Source: Hyphochytrium catenoides (Eukaryota; Protista; Hyphochytriomycota). Taken from it: DNA of 47,461 nucleotides. Every line of letters begins with the position of its first letter. Positions within the stretch are counted from its first letter, which is position 1. Shown here piece by piece: positions 33,437 to 45,972 of the stretch. The notes below the pieces were generated by a model. That model was not told the DNA's origin, ran no database searches, and was given only the letters and a program-made list of their open reading frames with translations. Location: NCBI GenBank assembly GCA_900088475.1, contig FLMG01003843.1:1-47461 (forward strand), read 5' to 3'. The position numbers and the translations under genes are program-made.

Positions 33437-34630
33437 ATGTCTGCTGCCCCGTGGCCGGATAGAGTCAATAAAGCAGCTTTAGTGACTGGCGCTGGGGGAG
33501 CGATGGGCAGCTCCTGCGTAAAAATGTTGCTAGAGGAAGGCTACAGGGTGCGTTTTACCGAGGTTTAGGTCATGGTAAATTGGCCTGTTCTCCCCCCAAT
33601 CACCACTATTTTCTCTCTGGTAGGTCGCTGCTGTAGACATCAATGAAGGGAGCCTGCGGCACCTTGACGTTGACTGTGGGCCTGGTGTCTCAGATAAGCT
33701 GCTAACTATCGCATGCGATATAACATGCTCGAAAGCTGTCAGCCAGGCATGCGAGCTAAGCCAGGAGAGGTTTGGCACAATATCGGGTAAATGATCCGTC
33801 AATTGAAACTCGGGCAGCAGCTCCTCATCACTAGCATCTAAACTATCAAAAAGAACCACCTGATACATTTGGCTGTATAATATAGTCCTAATCAACAACG
33901 CGGGAATACTAAGTAACGCTCGCTGGGAAGAGACTTCGGATGACGAGTGGCGTTCCGTCATGCGTACCAATGTCGATGGGGCATTTTTCTTCTGTCGCTG
34001 CTTGGTAGGCGCCATGAAGCAGCAAGGTTACGGCAGAATAATCAATGTCGCAAGTCTGGCAGCCAAGGTTGGCGGCATCACGGCCGGTCCAGCTTATGCA
34101 GCTAGCAAGGTGGAGCTATAGTCTTAGAAGGACCGTCTCCTTCACCTAGAAGCTCTAACCCTCCCTCCTGTAGGGTGCCATGATGTCACTTACATTCAGC
34201 CTTGCACGTGAGACCGCTTCCTCAGGGGTCACCGTGAATGGGATTGCTCCTGCCTACGTTGTCACTCCAATGGTACTCAAGGACGCCCCAATTTACAGCT
34301 CACGAAATGCAGCGATGGGATACCGCTAATTCTTGGCACCTTTCGCCTACTCATTCATATTTATCCTTTACGACTCTACAGGTGACTGAGAAGCTCTCCG
34401 GGGCCAAAAGGGAGGAGCTGCGTTCACAAATTCCAGTGAAGAGATTCTGTTCGCCAGAGGAGTTCTGCCATACTGTACGGTTCCTAATTTCCCCGCTTGC
34501 AGGCTTCATCACCGGAGAAATCGTCGATCAGGTACCGCGAAAGAGCCTTCTTTTCGCCTCAATCTTTCCTTCTGCGGTGACATGCCGGCGCTTTACCCGT
34601 CTGCAGAATGGTGGCCTTCATATGGATTAA
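33437..34630 (+). CDS. Classical short-chain dehydrogenase/reductase, FabG (3-oxoacyl-ACP reductase)-like, 6 exons
   Basis: Spliced: AALVTGAGGAMG|VAAVDIN..ACDIT|VLINNAGIL..GRIINVAS..AYAASK|GAMMSLTFSLARE..GVTVNGIAPAYVVTPM|..IPVKRF..FITGEIVDQ|NGGLHMD*. The TGxxxxxG, NNAG and YxxxK motifs are present. Confidence 0.93.
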
Positions 34631-36011
34631 ATGGATCCCACTCCTCAGCCTGGTCTAGGACATCGTCCCGCTGGAGCTTATTTACTTAGGTGATGCCGTT
34701 GGGGCCGCTACTGTTTTATTCAACAGCAAGGAAAAGCTTCACGCCGTTTTGAAGCTCTTCTAAAGAAAATAGTGTTACGTTTGTATGGGTGGAAGGTCTC
34801 TTCTGCTATTGAATATCATTTACAGCTAATAGTTCTGCTGTTACAATGTACTACTCAGAAGGAGGGAAAAGAAGAACTAAACCAGGAAGAAGAAAGGAAC
34901 AAGAAGGGACACCGAAAGTGGAGCTACAAAACCCTTGGTCTTGGTAAATATTAGAAACATGAGAAGGCAGGACCTGACATGCCTCGTAAGGGTCGGCCAT
35001 ATCAAGATTGGTCATAAGCAGCTTCTTACTCTCGAACCCAACCTACGAAATGTGTCTCAGGATAAGAAGCCCAACATCAAAGACCAAAAGTGGGAGAGAT
35101 ATTTCAGGCACTAAAAAGTTTAGGGGTAGCAGTGAAATAATGTACTCGTCTCGTCACAGTGTGCCTTGGTCTCTCCTCGAATATTCGCTGTCAACTTGAG
35201 AAAGGCTGTATCCCCTATTGAAAGCGGTAATGACTGTGAAAGGTTAGCCCTAAATTCTATAACTCCCATCCTAGTGGAAGGCATGCCACCGCACCGCCCT
35301 CCTGTTATTGTCGCACAGTCATGAATATGATGAAATTGCTATGTTCGTTGTCGTTGTTTCTCGTTGTCATCATTGTCATCCTTACACAAATGGCCGAAAA
35401 TAGTCTGTAGGTTTTGGGTTCTGAGATTATACTGTCTTCAATAACCGTGAATCTCCCTGCTCTCTGTATGTAAATAGCACGGCCGACATCGGAGTAACTG
35501 CACTTTTCCCAAGCTTCATCGCCATCTCGCAGCGCTTCTGTCTGGGTCTGGGCCCAATAGAGACCTAGATGTACATCCATCCGAGCTGTCGACTAGACTC
35601 ATAGCTAACAAAGAGAGAATGATTTGATGCTATGTGTATTGTGCTCCTAAATGAACAGAACCGGAGCGAGGAACGGGTGGATTAGGGTGGGGACATCTTG
35701 AGCATCAAGCTAGAGGGTTCTGAGAGGAGTCTGGGTTCGATAAGAATTCTGGAACTCCATGGCAACCAGCCAGCATTCTTCAAATGCCACCATTCTTCCG
35801 TTAGATAAGCCTTTTGCAAGCAGTTCCTACGAACGAGACGGCGGTCATAAGGTGAGCATGACGACTTATAATCCACAAGTAATCTCTTTAAGCTGAGCTG
35901 CAGGCGAGTTCTCAGCCTTCATTCTGCGCACCGTCGGCCAACCCAAATGAAGAACGAGTGAGAGACGCCTCTACAAGGAAAGGTGAGGCCTTGCCCAGGG
36001 CCAAGGCAATC

Positions 36012-39000
36012 ATGGAGGAGACGTCGGCGGAGGAGATGTCTTCTGTCGTCGACGTATCGACCTTCGCTGATGACGGTGAAGGCATCCATAGTAGTTCACA
36101 AAGAACCACTGCGTCTGCTGGCACTACGGTACCTCTAAGTGACGGAGCTGAGACGGACTCCAGTCATGCTGATGTTATCGGGACAGTCTGCGAGGGGTTT
36201 CTTCGCAAACGATTAGCCCACACTCGGTATATGGGAGGGCCAAGGTACTGCCTGCTGATAGGGAAGCGAATGCTTTGGTACTCGTCCAAGAGAGATGCAA
36301 GGATGAACAAGCGCTGTAGGTAGGTCAAACTTTACCCCAGCAGCTGGAGACTACCTTCTTGTTCAGCATGATTCTTCGTTGGCAAAACTCTTTACGCTCT
36401 GCACTTTTACCCTACACTTTACTTGGTCGCTTCTAATCTCATGGTTTCCATTGCACCGCTCAGAGGCGAAGTCAATATTGTCGATGTGAAGGCTTGGACT
36501 GGAGAGGGACGACTGCATCTTTACCCTAATCCCTTCTCATTGATCCTGTCAGATGGCAAGGTAAGGTTTTCGCACATCATTCCTGTTGGCTTGATAACGC
36601 TTATGTCTAGTCTCTATTTGCTTCCAGGAGCTGCATTGCTCTGCCTCATCGCCAGAGGATAAGGAGCGGTGGGTCAATGCAGTGATGAATAGTCTATCAA
36701 AGACCCAGGGAGGGTTTAGCGAGGATCTTGCCATACAGGAGCGCAAGGAGAATAGAATCTATTTATTTGGTATTCCGCTGACCTCGGCAGGAGCGGGAGC
36801 TTTAGCTGGCGGACTGATAGGGACCATTGCGGTACCGGGTAAGTCCTATCTTATTCACCTGGGAAGCTAAGTCTAGCCATTAGACAAATACTCCCAAGTT
36901 CCTCCCGCCTGATACCTCATATGTCATATGGCAGGAATCGGTACTGCTGTGGGAGCGGCCGTAGGGGCTGCTATCACCTTTGTAGAGGCTGCCAGGAGAG
37001 TAATGATCTGGCGTCGCTTGGACCATGTGCGATTCCGCTTGGACCCACTGAGGAGCAGAGAGTTCTCAAATAAGGAGTGCTATACTTGCCATAAAAGATT
37101 TCTAGGACGTCGGCGTGCACTCTGCGGATCTTGTGGGCAAGTTTTTTGTGTCAACCACTGCAACAAGGTAAGCATCTGTCAAGCTTCTTTGCTTGGTGTC
37201 TCGTCGCACGGAGTGAAGGTTCTATTCGCTCTCCGCCATTCGGCAAGTCTGCGTCTTTCTGTCCTCCCTGATGCTATGGCACAGCTTCACTATTGGTAGC
37301 GAACTGACGACTGGCTCTCTGTCTTTAGCGCATAGTGGTGCCACAAATGGGGCAACGCTACCCATCCAAGGTTTGCGATCAATGCTTCAGGCGGCAAGAT
37401 TTCATCAACTTCTTATTTCTCCAGACAAACGCCCTGATACAGCTTGCAGCCAACGAGTCTCTATTCCGCACCCTTAAGGATCCTTACGTAACCTCTATCT
37501 CTTGTGAAGAGTTATGGGAAAACTTCTCTCGGGCATCAGCAGATGGAGTTGCCTCTTCCAGTTTCACTGTGCTGAGTGAATCGGTGGTGCTTCATGCCAT
37601 TACAGCCCTTTTCCATAATCGGCGGGATCCAATGCAGTTTCTTGCCTCTCTTGCGGCCTTCCCGTTCCTGGTGGAGACACGAATGGAAGATATTGAGTTC
37701 TTCTGGCCGCAACTAATTCACATCTTTTGTTGTTTTACTCCCATTGTGGACGAGTCAATTTTCCAGGTGCGTTACTGAGATATGAGTACTTGACGGAGGC
37801 TTCTTTCCTACAGCGGTAACTGTGGCCTCTGTAGGTTTGTTACTTTGCTAGGTTTGTGAGGGCGGTATGCCGTCGATCTGTCCATATCGCCCACCAGACG
37901 GTCTGGTTACTCCGTGCTGCATATCAGGACAAGGTATGGTTGCTTGACATCGAACCGATGCTCAAAACATCTCGTGCTGTCTTGCCGTAGATGTCGGATT
38001 CCTTCGTCTTTGTTTCTGTGCTCTATCCTGTCCTAAGCCGGTCCTTAAAATTGCGCTATTGGCTACCTATTATGGACGCTAATCCATCGACGGCTGCAAA
38101 CTAGGGCGATTATGGAGCCAATCAAACTCTTTCTCTTCTCTCTTTGCTGAACGAGATGGACGCCGATACGAGCAGCATGTGGGGTGAGGTTCTCTTCGAT
38201 AACGCTCCAGCCCACCAGAGAGAAAAAATTCTTAGCCAAGAGAAAGAATATGCCCTCGCCATCAATGCTATCTCAAAGGTAAGACTTCATCTTTGGGATG
38301 GACTATCCATGGGTCTCAGCATACTGCGGGCTATTGCATTAGGTGGAATGCGCTTCTGATCTACGGGATTGGTTGGATGCCATGACTCTGGAAGAGATTA
38401 CAAACGCCAGGGACCGGGTCCTGGCAGCGGTAGACTCCGGTGTGTCTCATCCTTCTGGTTCCGAGCGCTGCTCTCTCTTGCACCTTCCTGAACGTTTTGG
38501 TCGTTCTATCTTGCTTTGGATTATCCTTCTCTGCTTAACACCCGAATATGCGATTCCTAAATATGGCGAAATCTCACTGCCTGCCCCTTGATTGAACAGG
38601 AAACATACCAATAGACATTAACGGGACCGTCTCTATCGGGCAACGTAAGTGTCTCAACCAGAGTCATTTGTTCCATCCGATACTGACACTGAAAGCCGTG
38701 GCTGTCTGCGCACGACAGACTTTATCTATCCCTGGCAAGCTCCAGGGCCCAACACAGAGGACAGGCGGAAAGAGCTTGCGTCGTTAGTGTCTGCAGGCGA
38801 CGAAACTACTGGTGCTCGACACCCATTTCAAGGGGGCGAAATGACTGGCTTCTTTGAAGGTCAAACCCGGTAAATTTCATCACAAAGCAAATTGTCGTTA
38901 TATGGAGATGAAGAGATAGACAAATAGAGTGGTAGAGGTATATGGCTTCTAGACGCAGCCTGAGAGAAGGAAAGACTTAGAATATCGAGAGTTATGACGG

Positions 39001-41053
39001 AGAAGGCGAAGGTTGAGGTCTTGGGAGATCGAGCAAAACAGGCACGGGAAAGAATCGATCGGTAGCTGACCATCGGTCTTCCGTAATAGTTTCATCAAAA
39101 GCATTACCGATATCGCGGAAAGACTTCGTTTCATCCAGCCAAGATCGAGGCGGAAGGAGTTCCTGCACGAGATGCTTCGCCAAGTTAGGATCCCAGAGCT
39201 CTGCTATATTCCCCTGTGCAAAGTCTCCGACCCGCTCTACAAAGTGCTCAGGGTGGTTCTTGGTAGGACGATCTCGCTTTGTATATCGAGCTACCTTCTT
39301 TTCCCGAATGAAAGCTGATTGACCTTTAGTCCGCAATCCTGACCGCTGTTTTTCTCTTGCGCCTCTTCTCTAGATGAAGGAACAGTGTTCTCGACCAAAG
39401 CACGAGCCCCCACCATGATCCTTTTCGAAGTGGCTAAAGTTGGGGACAACTCCGTCAATGCACTAACAGACCTCAACCGAGAGAGGAATACATCTTCGGC
39501 ACTGAGCTACATCGAGGTCCTAGACGTCAACATCTCAGAGATAGATATGCAGGACTTTGGGGATGATGAGGATAGAAGAGGGAGCGTGAGGGAGAGAGCC
39601 AACTCTGATAGTCCAAGTTTGGCAGATGGCTACGAACCCGCGGTGGAGTCGAGGAGAAGAGCCAGCCACGACGGTGTCAGTTCTATCTTCGCAGTAGACT
39701 CTCAGACTCCTCGCCTCAGCGTTCTTCTTGGGAGGAGTAATAGCGCTGCCGTCAGTGTAGAGGAACAGGCTTTTGGTATGCCATGGAAGCGGAAAAAGGA
39801 GGAGATTAAGAAGAGGAGCACCGATGGCTCTCTTCTAGGATGGGACATCGTCTCTGTAATTGCAAAGAGCAATGATGACATGCGACAGGAGGTCTTCTCT
39901 TTACAAATCGTAAGGTTGATGCAGAGAATTTTCCAGACAGAGAAGAGAGATCTATGGCTCAAGCCCTATCGAATAATGCCTACAGGGTCTAATGTAGGGC
40001 TTGTACAGACTCTCTCCGATACCGTCTCACTTGACAAGCTCAAGAAGTGTGAAGGTATGGCTATCAACCTCATTGTTCTACGTATCAGCGCCTGGTCTAT
40101 TCGCTCCCTTCTTTGTCTCTCGGTCTCTCGGTTCTCTGTTTGGTCTCTGCTTTGCGTGCTTTTGCCTAGCTCAAACAGAGGTGGATCTTCTATGGAGATA
40201 TTGCTTCATATCAGGCGAACGTACTTCAAGGCCTCAATGATAGTTGTCTTCCTTCTCCTTCTCCCTTTAAAGGTAGCTTGGTTGCTAGCATCCTGACGTA
40301 CCGTCGTTTTGTTTATTAGGCTACACTTCGCTCCGTCTGTTCTTCGAGGACACTTTCAAAGGGTCGCAGCATCGTAAGGCCGTCGATAACTTCATCCGGA
40401 GTGTGGCGGGCTACTCGGTGGCTGCTTATGTGATGCTCCTCAAAGACCGACACAATGGAAACATCCTTTTGGACAGAGAGGGCCATATAATACACATAGA
40501 CTTTGGCTTTCTGTTTGGGCACGCTCCAGGCGGCGTGTTCAGTGTGGAGGACGCACCTTTTAAACTGACTCAAGAGATGGTGGATGTAATGGGCGGAATT
40601 GGGTCTGATGGCTACGCTCGTTATAGGTCGCTAGTGGCGCAAGGCTTTCAAGTAAGCCTTGCTTTCCAATACCTGCATCATTGGCCCCATTACTGTGTCT
40701 GGTATCGAGCATGCCTTGTTGCATTCTCCGCTTCGTCCTCCTTCCTCGCCTTACTGATGGCAAACATCTTAGGTCCTAACACTTATTCTGTCTTCACATT
40801 GCAGGCACTGAGCGAGAAGCATGCTGACATTCTTACTCTAGTACAGCTGACAGCGACAGACTCTCCCTTCCCCTGCTTCGCTAAACGTAGTGTCAGTCAA
40901 GTCCTTTCTGGCCTTCGTCGAAGGCTCTTTGTTGGAGTACCAAAGGAGGACCTTCGAAAGCAGGTAGATAAGCTCATCAAAAAGAGCTTAACGTCACGCG
41001 GTACCAGACAATACGACATCTTCCAGCTGAAGTCCAATGGCATTCAGCCCTAG
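36012..41053 (+). CDS. Type III phosphatidylinositol 4-kinase with N-terminal PH, glycine-zipper hairpin and FYVE-like domains
   Basis: PH: [39 protein letters not shown]-like: [26 protein letters not shown] helical: IEFFWPQL. Kinase: [74 protein letters not shown]. Confidence 0.92.
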
Positions 41054-41579
41054 ATTCACGGAGAGCCTGGCCAGGGGCGGTACTTGGTCGTCACTGTTTA
41101 TAGGTGTTGGTATATGTGGTCTAGCTCCTCTGTAGCATATAACTCTATCACCATATCAATTTATCATCGACTCTACACCAGAGAGAGTTGGGCCCATGCT
41201 AGTCCCGTAACATAGTGTGTCATCTATTTTGCAGTGTGTGAGGTCGGTTAGACGGCTGCTAGCGTCAAAGCATTCGCAATAGACTCAATGGGGACTCTTA
41301 CTTCACTAAAAAGCTGAAAGCAGCTTGATGGGGTTGTATATTTGTACTGACAAGAAGCAAGATGGATGGAGCTTGACTATGACTACAATTATAAACTTGG
41401 TTGGGACAGAGTGCGTCCATAGCTCATAGCGTACGAAAGTCTGCCTATGAAGCTGATATGCGTAGATGGAGGCCTGTCCGACCTTGATAAGTTAAGGGGA
41501 AAAAGTGACAGAACCGGAAGCGCCAACGGTTCTTTTAGGCTTTTTTCGAGCTGGACCTTTGAAAGATGGATGGCTGCAC

Positions 41580-43569
41580 TTAAGCAATCAAAGGAGGTGT
41601 TAGTCTCCTCTCCTTCTCCCGTTTCAACCGCCTTGGAGTAGCCAGAGGAGACATTTCTGGAGTCGCTGTAGGGAGGAAGTACGACAGACACGTTAACCAT
41701 CATCAGCAAATGTTTAGCTCATAACACAGAGAAATCTAATCTACCTTCTTGCTCTATCTGTTCATGTCTCTCCTTTAGGACTGACAGCTGACCGGCAAGG
41801 TCATCAAAGAGCTTAGCAACGGAGGCACTAAAGGGAGACACGAGGGGAGGGCAGGGTCAAATGTCCGCCTCACGAAAGCTTCTCGCTGAAGAGCGTTTTG
41901 CTATGAAGACTAAGAGCCCACCTATTTCCTCCCTGGGTATGCTCCACCTCCGTCCTTAAGTCGTTAAAGAGTTGCTGAATTTTAAACAGAAGAGTCTGGT
42001 CTTCCTCTTTTATTAACGTCTCCAGCGAGCTAGGTGTTGCCAAAGGTTAGTCAGTCAGTGAGATGATATACAGCCACACCAACGACCATTCTTCCAACAA
42101 GGAACTCCCGCAATCAACCGTCGTCTTCACTGTTTCCGAATATTTCCTCGCTTGCTGCCTACTCCGCTCTCCCTGTCCATCTTCTTGGCTCAAACTATCA
42201 AACTCATATGGTAAGTTTGTTCCTAACCCTGAGTCTTCCATATACACCGTGATTTCCCTCCCCTTGGTGATCTCACACCATCACCTCACCTCACACAAGC
42301 TACACGCTCTACCTACCTCTTCTGCTGTTGCAGCTCCTCCAGCTTCTTTGTCAGCTTATTCATCACATATTCCTGTTCTGCCTCCAATTCATTTTCCAAG
42401 TCGATCTTTTCTCTCTTAAGCTGCTCAAGCTTCATCTTGAGGTTGTTGGTTAAGTTAGCCTGCTCGTGCTCCACCTCCTTTGCAATCTTCTCCTTCTCCT
42501 GTCTCGCCTCTTCCAATACCTTCTGGAGTTTGTTGACAATGTACTCGTGCTCCGCTTCAAGCTCATTTTCCAAAAGAACTTTCTCTTCTCGAACCTGGAA
42601 GAAATGGAAGAACGGAGGACATCTAATCAGTAAAGAAGATTGAAAATTGATAAAAACGGAAGCCAGGGACGAGAACCCTAGAGCTGTGTAGACACCGTGC
42701 GGCAGAGACGCTGCCTTCGCGAAGTAGCAATAGCGCAGGAGTGGCAAGCAAGAGGCGAGATATGAGCCTTCAAAAAGAGAAGACGTCTATCAAGGCGGCG
42801 ACTTCAGAAGGAAAGGGACATTGAGACTCACGGCAGAGCATGGTTGATAAAGATAGCCCAAAGGCAGTGTGACGACAGGGAGTACTGTATTGCAGCTGAA
42901 AAGGTGTCGCACAGAAGAGAAGGAGAGAGGCACAAGGTCTCTCAAAGCTATGTGTGACTAGGTGGCAACCTGGATAAGCTTCTTCTGCAAGTTATTCGTC
43001 AGCATCTCCTGTTCCCGCTCGACCTCTAGAGCAATGTGCTCTTTTTCCTTCTTCAGCTGGACCAGGCGCCTCATCAACTATTGGTACGAGGATTAGGAGG
43101 ATGACAGAGAGCATGATGACCACGTTATGAAAGGCTACTGTACCCGATTTGTTATGGCTTCTTCCTCGATCTCTGCAGCCGAGCTCTGAGAGGTGAGAGC
43201 ATTAAAGAGTCAGAATTCAAGACAACCATGCCCATACAGCCTACGCTGGACCAGACGGGCCCAGGTCTGGAAAGGGAGGACGACAAAGCAGAAGAGAGAG
43301 TACACAGAACCCCAGACCGGAGCGGGTAATTCGCCGCTACTACCTACCACGTTGATGAGAGCGCTCCTCAAGTTCCTGACTTCCTTCCGCAGCTTCTCGT
43401 TCTCCTTGAGGAGGGTGTCGATTATCTCATCTTTGGACGATACTCCCAGCTGCAGATCCACGGGCTTTGGCGTCAAAGGCTCCGAGAGCGCTGGAGAGCT
43501 GGGGGACGGCATACTTATCTCCGGTGAGCCGATTGGGAGTGGCATAATGTGAGACTCAATAGTCGACAT
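41580..43569 (-). CDS. CCDC6 (H4/D10S170)-like coiled-coil protein, multi-exon
   Basis: AEIEEEAITNR|LMRRLVQLKKEKEHIALEVEREQEMLTNNLQKKL..|VREEKVLLENELEAEHEYIVNKLQK..LKREKIDLENELEAEQEYVMNKL carries the characteristic CCDC6 repeats. Later exons splice to ...RRLTPPLIA* at 41580. Confidence 0.85.
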
Positions 43570-43871
43570 CTTGAAGCAGCGCTGGCGGGAAGACCCCTAC
43601 GTTGCTTTCCGAAGGCAAAGACCGTGTAGAGAGCTTATGTCGTTTCCGACTTGCCAAAGTGTTACAGCGGCGCCAGAGCTGAGATATCAAAGGGGAAGAG
43701 AATCTGAAAAGATGCAGCAAGCCTTTGACGCTCAGACAGAGAGAGCTCCACAAAGACTCAAAGGTGATCGCTGCAGTTCCGTGTCTGCAGCGGCGGATGA
43801 TCGTCCCAGTTCTCAGCTTATCAAAAAGAAGGTTCTGTCTTCTTGTGAGTCAAACAGCAGTGGCAGGTGTC

Positions 43872-44386
43872 AGAGAAGAGAGAAGAGGGAAAAGAGAAAA
43901 GAGACAGTTGGGAAAGAGGGCGGGACAAGTGATAAAGTGAGAGAAAGAGAGGCAGAGACTCTAAAGAGGAAGGAGGAAGAGAAAGAGAGAAGAGAGAGAG
44001 ACAGACAGAGAGAGAGAGAGGTGAAGAGAGAGAAAGAGAGAGAGGGGGCGAATAGAGAGAGAGAGGTGAAGAGAGAGAAAGAGAGAGAGGGGGCGATAAG
44101 AGAGAGAGAGGTGAAGAGAGAGAAAGGGAGAGACAGGAAAGGTAAGAGAGCGAGAGAGGGGAAGAGAGAGAGAGAGAAAGAGAGAGAAGAGGTGATACGA
44201 GGGAGAAAGAAACAAGTGAGAGAGAGAGAGAGAGACTGAGATTGGGAAGACAGAGAGACGATTACAATGGTTACTGAAGGGTACTGAGGGAGACAGAGCG
44301 AGAGGAGACACACCGCCAAAAGAGAGTGAATGTAGAGAGACAGAGCGAGGTCCCAGAGACAGGAGGGACAGGAGGAGACAGAGACG
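43872..44386. repeat. ~500-bp GA-rich polypurine low-complexity tract with three 45-bp higher-order units
   Basis: The + strand is almost pure A/G, and gtgaag recurs at 44021, 44066 and 44111 (45-bp period). Confidence 0.93.
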
Positions 44387-45283
44387 AATCTTGCTCCTTC
44401 AACAGGAGAAGCCCCAGACCAAAACCTTAACATTTTTACCTAACCTGATCGTTAGCCGGCAAGGATGCTTCATCCTCCTCTCCAATCGTGTACGGAACCC
44501 TGAGAATATTCCACTCACTGGCTTTTACTACTTTTTATAAAGGAGGTCATTTATCTTATTCAGTTTGTAAAACATTTATTACTATTTTAGCTCTTTCTCC
44601 ATTCTCCTTTGTTGCTTCGTAGTACATATTGCATCTCTTCTGCTGTTCTGCTTCTTCAAACAGTAGTCAATTACAAACATACTACAACGTACTAATTTCT
44701 GGATAATAAACTCCCAACAGTAAAAACCGTTTCCACCTGAAAAATTAACTACTAAAAAAAGGTTATCAACCAACTCAACCATCCACAAGAACAGTGTAGA
44801 ACTACCTCTAAAAACAGACTTTAACCAGTTCTCGTTTTTATAACAAAAGTGTCGCTCCACGGCTGAAGTTTTAGTGGAGAGAGTAATAAATCCTTACTGA
44901 CTATAAAAAGTGTATAAAAGGTGACGAAGATTGATGACCCTCATCTGGAGTGAAGTGAAGCTCTTTGAAGAGTGGGACCGCGATGGTGCGGGAGGCACTG
45001 TCAGCCAAGGACAGCAGAATCATCATCATAGTCTATAAAGGAGCAGGAGGCGAGGAAGAGAATAGGACATCAAGCGATAACTCTTGCCCACATGAGTGGA
45101 CTAACCGCCGCAGCCGTGATCCTCAATCTGCGTACTCTGTGATGCGCAACGCTGAACTCGGAGGTCGCTGAACAAGTAAGTGATACATCGAAAAGGCGGT
45201 AGTCGAGTGGCGCTTCCCCGAGAACTCAGCGAAAGTAGCGTGCACACTTCCACAGCTTTACTACAGGGTTACTGAAGGGAGGA

Positions 45284-45514
45284 ATGTATCGTCGTAGGGC
45301 TCCTGTCCGTAACTTGCCCATCAAGTTTGCGGATCAGTGTCTCTATCCCAACGGCTGGAGCTCACAGAGCTTCAAGAAGTGTGCCATCAAGGACGATGAC
45401 CCACTTTTCAGTATTGGAAAGTGGGAGAGAGACTTCCTCGCCGGTCCACTCCGCATCGCAGTGTACATCGGTGTATTTCTGCTGATCATCTTTGCCAACT
45501 CCCTCCCATTTTAA
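45284..45514 (+). CDS. Hypothetical 76-aa protein with C-terminal transmembrane helix
   Basis: ATG-initiated ORF ending in IAVYIGVFLLIIFANSLPF, preceded by a probable intron (gtaagt at 45176, cag at 45255 or 45266). No homology recognised. Confidence 0.45.
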   Translation: MYRRRAPVRNLPIKFADQCLYPNGWSSQSFKKCAIKDDDPLFSIGKWERDFLAGPLRIAVYIGVFLLIIFANSLPF

Positions 45515-45591
45515 TGGTCCATACTGCAACACTAGGAAGCGAGAAAGGAAGGAACTCCCTCAGCCTCATCCGCGGCAAATGCCATACAACA

Positions 45592-45711
45592 NNNNNNNNN
45601 NNNNNNNNNNNNNNNNNNNNNNNNNNNNNNNNNNNNNNNNNNNNNNNNNNNNNNNNNNNNNNNNNNNNNNNNNNNNNNNNNNNNNNNNNNNNNNNNNNNN
45701 NNNNNNNNNNN
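45592..45711. other. Assembly gap (Ns)
   Basis: Run of N. Confidence 0.99.
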
Positions 45712-45972
45712 ATATGGAACAAGCCCAGAAAAAAGTGGCAAAGGAAGAAGACTAAGCACCGCGGAAGAGGTGATTTTTAGTAAGGTGGAGTGAAACATTC
45801 AAAGACTAAAATAGAACAACAGTAGACGGCGGCACTGGTCATCAAGCAAAGTTGACCGAGGCAGATGAGTAGCTAAGGTCTGATAGATGGAAGTGCTCAA
45901 AGAGCAGCCACGAAGGCGAAGAGAATCCCACAATTGAGTTAAGTTTCTAAAGGCAATAAGCAGACCCTGGTA

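Noticed and set aside
35305-35580. SEPKTYR resembles the Copia EPxTYxEA motif
   Set aside because: No W..AM..E or RT motifs follow, so it is not supportable.
41389-41709. 106-aa ORF as the last CCDC6 exon
   Set aside because: Splice phase (gaa g|cg act) selects a different frame that ends at 41580.
43571-44433. Long Arg/Glu-rich (+) and Ser/Leu-rich (-) ORFs
   Set aside because: These arise because the GA microsatellite lacks stop codons.
45142-45290. In-frame TGA at 45169 could join ORF 44965..45171 to ORF 45284 via an intron (selenocysteine or readthrough)
   Set aside because: There is no redox motif around the TGA and no SECIS visible (the 3' region is partly a gap). A 5' UTR intron is the simpler explanation.
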